Below are positions 58,654 to 64,000 of a stretch of DNA of 64,000 nt, piece after piece. The stretch comes from an uncultured archaeon (GTDB lineage Archaea > Asgardarchaeota > Thorarchaeia > Thorarchaeales > Thorarchaeaceae). Numbering within the stretch: position 1 is the stretch's first letter; every line of letters begins with the position of its first letter. The stretch is taken from contig CAZLEV010000001.1 in NCBI GenBank assembly GCA_964558645.1, positions 125,568 to 189,567 of the forward strand. Reading direction: 5' to 3'. Made by a program: the position numbers and the translations under genes. The notes beneath the pieces were generated by a model. It worked only from the letters and a program-made list of their open reading frames with translations, was not told where the DNA came from and ran no database searches.

Positions 58654-59574
58654 TTGACAGAAGCAGCTGATACAACTGACTCAGTGGAAGATGTTGAGGG
58701 TCTAAGGGCAAACATGCGGGAACTCAAGTCAAAGGCGAGAGATGAGCTTGAGGAGCTCCGCAGAGATCGCGATAAGATGCGGGAGTACAAAGCCATTCGT
58801 GACGAGCATAATAAAGAGGTTCGCGCTCTGATTGAATCGGTAAAGGCTGAACGTGAAGAGCGCGATCGGATAAACGACAAGATTCAGGATGCTAAGAATA
58901 GACGGACAGCAATCCACCAGCAGTTAAAGGGTATCTACGACGAAATTCGAGAGCTGAGGAGTAACCTTGTTGGGAGTCCATCTACGGATCAACGAAAGAT
59001 GATGCGTAGGGTTGAAGAACTCGAATGGAAACAACAGACTGAACAGCTCACAATCGATGAGGAGCGTTCTATTGTTGAAGAGATTGCTGAAATAGAGAAG
59101 CAGCTGATTCGTATTGGTCAGGAGAAAGAGAAACAAGATCGCATTAATGAACTGCGGCGGCTGGCCCGAAGGCTGAAAGAAGAGGCCTCAGAGGCCCATC
59201 AGGCAGTTCTAGATCTGTCAGAGAAGTCCCAAGTTCACCATCAGGAAGTTGTCAGGATTCGCCCGCAGTTAGAGCAAGAGAAGAGGGCTGCTGATACCGC
59301 TCATCACAAATTCGTTGAATGGCTTAAGAAGGTAAAGTCTGGGGAAGAGCGTCTTAAGGAGATTCGCTCCGAGATTGACAAAATCAACGGAAAGATTCGG
59401 AAACAAGTGACTGACAAGCATGAAGCCACCCGAACCGAACGAAAAGCGAGGCAGAAGGCGCAACAGAAGGAACGCGTGGAGGAAGCCGTCGAGAAGCTCC
59501 AGGCCGGGAAGAGAATGACATTCGACGAATTCATTCTTGCTCAGAAGCATCAAGACGACCAAGATTCCGATTAG
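58654..59574 (+). CDS. Archaeal long coiled-coil protein (COG1340-like)
   Basis: RDE.N repeats, LEWKQQT..L..DEE..IV, H..V..L....Q..H, G.RMTFDE. Confidence 0.8.
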   Translation: MTEAADTTDSVEDVEGLRANMRELKSKARDELEELRRDRDKMREYKAIRDEHNKEVRALIESVKAEREERDRINDKIQDAKNRRTAIHQQLKGIYDEIRELRSNLVGSPSTDQRKMMRRVEELEWKQQTEQLTIDEERSIVEEIAEIEKQLIRIGQEKEKQDRINELRRLARRLKEEASEAHQAVLDLSEKSQVHHQEVVRIRPQLEQEKRAADTAHHKFVEWLKKVKSGEERLKEIRSEIDKINGKIRKQVTDKHEATRTERKARQKAQQKERVEEAVEKLQAGKRMTFDEFILAQKHQDDQDSD

Positions 59575-59634
59575 TAGTTGTGGTATGTCAGGTTGGGAGA
59601 GGTCGAATGCATCTCCTAACAAAGTCATCTTAGG

Positions 59635-60903
59635 GTGGAGCAGTTGAGTAGCCGTAGTCAGAGGCCCGTGGGGAGATTCTCAAGTATCCAGACTCTCTAT
59701 CTTCTGGCATTGGGGTCGGGAGTAATGCGCACTGTTTCTGTCGGTTTTGATATTATTGCTGTTAACACAGCAATAGACGACCCGCTGGTCTTCGGTTTCA
59801 TGTCTCAATGGGTTTCGTTCCTTGTGACCGTATCTGTCGTGGGGTTGTTGAGTCTGAACCGTCAACGTGATGGTAAACGACGCCCTCTGGGCTATGACCT
59901 AGATCCTGACTTCGGACGTCTCTCGATTCTTCCTAGGAAGCCATTGATGTACGTTTTGTTTGCCGGCATATTTGCTGGGATCTCCACGTATTCCTATTAT
60001 GTTCTGGTGGGAATGTCTGATGCCTCTTCAGTCCTGCCATACGGACAGCTTGTCATAATCTATCTCTTGGTGGGAGACCTGTTTGCTGAAAAGGATACTC
60101 CAACCATCGTCGAAGTTCACTGTATACTATCGATATTGCTCGGCGTTCTGCTTATTGGTGCATCACCTAGCGGCTTTGACATGGCTACACTCGTGATAGT
60201 TCTCATTCCAATGAATATCTCATCTGCTTTGACTACATACTACCAGCGTCGTGCAAAACGGTATGAAGTGCGTCCCGGACTCCGAGTTGACTCCCTGAAC
60301 ATGCGTGTTTGGTCCTTGCTCGTTCTTGACTTGGTGTTCACACTACTCTCGTTACCAATCATGAACGAATCGAACTGGAATACAATGACGGTGAAGTTCA
60401 TTCCTCTCCTGGGTTTCATGGTTGGTTCTTCGATTACGACGTTCCTCTCTGTTGTCCTGTATGTTCGGGCGTTGGGCCGCGGATCAATGGCCGTAGTTAA
60501 CTCTCTGTCCGCAATATCGGTAGTGCTCGGCATACCAATGACCCTAGTTGGAGATCTTTTGATGCCCGGAGCTTTTGGGTTCTTATCTTCTGATGCCTTT
60601 CTATGGACGCTGAAAGTGTCCGGTATCACGCTGGTAATGATTGGTGTGATTGCCCTCGAGGCATCTGATGTCAGGTCCATCATTCTTGTGAAAGTCCAGC
60701 CTAGGACTCCTGACTTGTTGTCTGAACTCTATGCGATTCGCGGTGTTGAGACCGCATCTGCTCTTGCAGGGAAACACGACTATCTGCTGAGCGTTAGGAG
60801 CAGGAGTCTGCCGAAGACAAGAAAGATGATTCTGAGAAAGATTCAAGATATCGCAGGAGTCAAGACCGTACAGACCCTGGTTGTTCTAAAGGATTACAGA
60901 TAG
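59635..60903 (+). CDS. EamA/DMT transporter fused to a C-terminal Lrp/AsnC (RAM) ligand-binding domain
   Basis: About 10 TM in two repeats; then ILVKV..GVE...LAGKHDYLL..IQDIAGVKTVQT. Confidence 0.75.
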   Translation: MEQLSSRSQRPVGRFSSIQTLYLLALGSGVMRTVSVGFDIIAVNTAIDDPLVFGFMSQWVSFLVTVSVVGLLSLNRQRDGKRRPLGYDLDPDFGRLSILPRKPLMYVLFAGIFAGISTYSYYVLVGMSDASSVLPYGQLVIIYLLVGDLFAEKDTPTIVEVHCILSILLGVLLIGASPSGFDMATLVIVLIPMNISSALTTYYQRRAKRYEVRPGLRVDSLNMRVWSLLVLDLVFTLLSLPIMNESNWNTMTVKFIPLLGFMVGSSITTFLSVVLYVRALGRGSMAVVNSLSAISVVLGIPMTLVGDLLMPGAFGFLSSDAFLWTLKVSGITLVMIGVIALEASDVRSIILVKVQPRTPDLLSELYAIRGVETASALAGKHDYLLSVRSRSLPKTRKMILRKIQDIAGVKTVQTLVVLKDYR

Positions 60904-60934
60904 ATTGAGACACAAACGTGGAGAAGAGAAAGAG

Positions 60935-61186
60935 ATGACCGAAACTGTACTGGCGTATCTACTGATGGAGATCGAGCTTGGAAAAACGGACGAAGTACTA
61001 CAGCAGCTACGCTTGATAGATGAGGCGACGAAGATTGCTGTGACAACAGGGGTCTATGATATAATCATACGGCTTGAGGTTGCGAGCCTTGAGGACCTGT
61101 ATGATATTACCGTACACAGAATCCATTCCATACCAGGCATCAAGGACACAACCACGGCCGTCGTTGAGAAGATGCTGTCTTCCTGA
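60935..61186 (+). CDS. Stand-alone Lrp/AsnC RAM-domain protein
   Basis: AYLLMEIELG..VTTGVYDIII..IHSIPGIKDTTT; no HTH. Confidence 0.85.
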   Translation: MTETVLAYLLMEIELGKTDEVLQQLRLIDEATKIAVTTGVYDIIIRLEVASLEDLYDITVHRIHSIPGIKDTTTAVVEKMLSS

Positions 61187-61296
61187 TGAATCCAAGCTGC
61201 TACTCATCAGAATGACGAGATTACGCGCCACACTTTTATCTGGAAATGCTCTATAGAACGACCTAGCCCTGGCCCTTCACTCTTTGGGCAACACTA

Positions 61297-62250
61297 ATGG
61301 TGATTCTTGTGAGCGATGTAGTGATATCTGAACTCACCAAGCGATTTGGTGATCTAGTTGCAGTGGACAATCTCAGCCTCGAAGTCCCAGAGGGAACGAT
61401 ATTCGGTCTCCTCGGTCCAAATGGCGCAGGAAAGACAACGACAATTCGCATGCTCTGTACGCTACTGAGACCAACATCAGGAACAGCTCAAGTCGCTGGG
61501 CATGACATATTGGGACAACCTGTTGCCGTTCGACAGAGCACGGGCGTCCTGCCCGAAGAGGGAAATCATACTCTCTACCCTACCATGTCGGCAATGGAGA
61601 ATCTACAGTATTTCGCGAAGCTCTACGGCGTAGAAGAGTCAGAAATTCACGAGCGCACCGAAGAGCTGTTGCGATTCATGGAGCTCTGGGAACGGAGAAA
61701 CGACCCTGCAGGGGAGCTGAGCAGTGGGAACAGGCAGCGGCTTGCACTCTGTCGAGCTCTGTTGCACAGACCCACCGTTCTGTTGCTGGATGAACCAACA
61801 TCGGCACTTGACCCCATTGCCTCGAAGAGAGTTCGGGAACTCATCCTGACTCTTTCCAAGAAATATGGCCAGACGTTCTTTATCAATAGCCACAACCTCG
61901 CAGAGGTGCAACGAATCTGTGATAAGATAGCTATCATTGACGAGGGAAGAGTGCTGCTCTCAGGTGAGACTCGGGAACTAAGAAACAGGCTCTCTGCACA
62001 GCAGAAGTATAGAATCAGAGTCGTTGAGAAAATAGAGGAAGCAGAGAGAATCATCAAGCAAGCTGACTACGTTGATGAGGTGACCATCGAGGCTGATACA
62101 TTGGTGGCAAGAATCTGCTCACCCTATGAGAATAACACACTACTGATGAGGATCCTTCTTGACGCTGGTCTCAGGCTCATCGAATTTGCAGAAGAAGAAA
62201 CCACACTAGAGGATGTCTATCTTCAGGCAGTTAAGGGAGGTGACCGCTGA
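61297..62250 (+). CDS. ABC transporter ATP-binding protein
   Basis: GPNGAGKTT, LSSGNRQR, LLLDEPT, SH. Confidence 0.95.
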   Translation: MVILVSDVVISELTKRFGDLVAVDNLSLEVPEGTIFGLLGPNGAGKTTTIRMLCTLLRPTSGTAQVAGHDILGQPVAVRQSTGVLPEEGNHTLYPTMSAMENLQYFAKLYGVEESEIHERTEELLRFMELWERRNDPAGELSSGNRQRLALCRALLHRPTVLLLDEPTSALDPIASKRVRELILTLSKKYGQTFFINSHNLAEVQRICDKIAIIDEGRVLLSGETRELRNRLSAQQKYRIRVVEKIEEAERIIKQADYVDEVTIEADTLVARICSPYENNTLLMRILLDAGLRLIEFAEEETTLEDVYLQAVKGGDR

Positions 62251-63014
62251 TGCGTCGTAGTAAGTCCATCACTGTTGCTGTGACTGACCTGCGAAATGCA
62301 CTCAAGGTCAGCTGGATGAAATACTTCATCTTGGCTGCAGTGTTTCTGGGCCCTGTCTTTGTTATTGCATTGTTGGGTTCGATGATTGTGCTGATACCTC
62401 CCGACGATCCCGGCTACGTAGTTACACTCGACCTCTTGATACCCATGGCATCCAGTATGATTGCTCTTATGGCTGCAATCCCTGCAACCCTCATCGCGGC
62501 AAACGCACTGGTGGGTGAGCGCGAGCAGAACACATTGGAACCCCTTCTCTGCACACCTCTGACAGATAGGGAACTCATTTGGGGGAAGACCCTTAGCTCC
62601 TTAGTGCCCTCTCTGGCAATCCTCTGGGGTGGAACGGCCCTATCCTCAGTCGGTCTGATTCTACTATCCCTCGTGTTTCAAGCTCCGATAGTCATGTTTC
62701 CTGACCTTCCAGGATTGTTTCTCATCGCCGTAGGAGGGCCTATTATTCTCTTGGCGGTGGTCTCAGTCATGATTCTGATAAGTGGCCGAGTGAAGAGGGT
62801 CTACGAGGCATATCAAACAGGTGGGCTTGCTACGCTCGTTCTCATGATTCCAATGTTTCTGCCTCTCATGTTCCTATCAGGCGAAGCCATCGACCCGGGA
62901 GTGATCTGGTTTTCGAACATTGTGACGGTGCTAATTGCTATAGTCCTAGCTGTAGTTACTTGGTTCTTGGCCTTGAAGCGCTTCAACCGCGACACCATGA
63001 TATCTTTGGTGTGA
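62250..63014 (+). CDS. ABC-2 type permease
   Basis: GEREQNTLEPLLCTP..GK, six TM. Confidence 0.88.
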   Translation: MRRSKSITVAVTDLRNALKVSWMKYFILAAVFLGPVFVIALLGSMIVLIPPDDPGYVVTLDLLIPMASSMIALMAAIPATLIAANALVGEREQNTLEPLLCTPLTDRELIWGKTLSSLVPSLAILWGGTALSSVGLILLSLVFQAPIVMFPDLPGLFLIAVGGPIILLAVVSVMILISGRVKRVYEAYQTGGLATLVLMIPMFLPLMFLSGEAIDPGVIWFSNIVTVLIAIVLAVVTWFLALKRFNRDTMISLV

Positions 63015-63049
63015 TCTGTAAATAGGAAGCCATTACAGAGGCTTCTGTC

Positions 63050-63571
63050 TTACAGCTTCTTCAGCGCGCTAGGATATCTTCTCGCTAGGTCTTGATAGAT
63101 TTTCTTGAATCTAGTGAGCTCTTCCCTCTGACTCTCCTTGACAGGGCCAATGACCTTGGCAGGGACACCAACAACAACCATCCCCGCGGGGACTTCGAAT
63201 CGGGCCTTCACAACTGCACCCTCTCCTACTACGGCATTCTCTCTCACCGTTGCATAATCGGAGACAATTGCCCCCATTCCGATGACTGCATGCTTCTCTA
63301 CAGTTGCATTGTGTATGATGCAACCATGACCTAGTGTGACCTCATCACCTATCTTGGTTTCTTCGTCCGGCCTTGCGTGGATGACCACGTTGTCCTGTAC
63401 ACTTGTGCCATCACCGATGACTATTCTTCCGTAATCGCCTTTCACAACAGCGCCTGGTGCGACATAACATCTGTCACCTATCAACACGTCACCCACTACA
63501 GAAGCAGAGGGGCTGACATACGTCTCTCTCCCCAGCACAGGTGTTCTGCCTTCGAACTCATAGATTGTCAT
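63050..63571 (-). CDS. Gamma carbonic anhydrase family (hexapeptide repeat) protein
   Basis: GDV.IG, VQDNVVIH, GHGCIIH, GVPAK. Confidence 0.9.
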   Translation of the reverse strand: MTIYEFEGRTPVLGRETYVSPSASVVGDVLIGDRCYVAPGAVVKGDYGRIVIGDGTSVQDNVVIHARPDEETKIGDEVTLGHGCIIHNATVEKHAVIGMGAIVSDYATVRENAVVGEGAVVKARFEVPAGMVVVGVPAKVIGPVKESQREELTRFKKIYQDLARRYPSALKKL

Positions 63572-63714
63572 AAATCGAACCACTCCTTTTATGCGCCAAG
63601 ACACCATGAGCTTGATATTTTGGTTTAAGGATGATGTCACCCAAGACCCCCCGAAGTGTTAAAAGTTGTGAGGTGATACAGTGAGCCTTAGAAACTCAAG
63701 GGGCAGATGGTCAA

Positions 63715-64000
63715 TTGCCAGACAGTCATGATACAGAGAACGAGGAGCTCCTCTTTCCAATCCTCAGAGGTGAGTCAGTGGCCGAGAGTGGTTCTGTCGA
63801 TGGCGAGGTGGTGATCATCTGTACCCCCGACGAACTGAACCGAGAATGGAACTCACGAGAGATTGCGGTTCTTGCCTCAGCCTTGCAAGAACACTTGGAG
63901 TCAGACCCGGGAATCATCGATGCTCTCTTCAGCGAAGTTTCTGCGGCTGTATGTGAATTCGGGGCGATGATGGGTGAGCTGGCATCTGTTGCATTTGTCC
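63715..64000 (+). CDS. PEP-utiliser mobile-domain-like protein (3' truncated)
   Basis: Open frame MPDSHD..LRGESVAESGSVDGEVVII..AAVCEFGAMMGELASVA; not in the ORF track because no stop lies in the window. Confidence 0.5.
   Translation, partial: MPDSHDTENEELLFPILRGESVAESGSVDGEVVIICTPDELNREWNSREIAVLASALQEHLESDPGIIDALFSEVSAAVCEFGAMMGELASVAFV

Noticed and set aside
63670-63731. 16-codon GTG ORF with strong SD (GAGGTGA)
   Set aside because: Too short to support; overlaps the start of the longer frame

Overview
Gene-dense archaeal chromosomal window with about 60 CDS. It is almost certainly Asgard, and most like Thorarchaeia (inference), because it carries two Rab-like small GTPases, three roadblock/LC7 genes (four domains), archaeal RadA, Topo VI, PheS/PheT, aRF1, CofE and a geranylgeranyl reductase. 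I saw no rRNA, tRNA, CRISPR array or transposase. The best leads: (1) a coiled-coil protein ending in a Vps28-C-terminal-like bundle, lying between the two Rab-like GTPases; (2) two unannotated, promoter-preceded, highly base-paired intergenic elements (about 320 nt at 10.1 kb and about 250 nt at 38.5 kb) that look like structured ncRNAs; (3) a Cas4/AddB-like nuclease split over two coupled, membrane-anchored genes; (4) a Topo VI-A/Spo11 subunit carrying four RadA-N-like HhH repeats, paired with an insertion-bearing Topo VI-B; (5) a Site-1-protease-like subtilase; (6) radA apparently starting at ATT; (7) an EamA-RAM fusion next to a free RAM protein; (8) a switch-like 5' leader and a missed 40-aa ORF with tandem NPF motifs. 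All family calls come from motif recognition by eye and no searches were run. Reference motifs quoted for comparison are recalled from memory.
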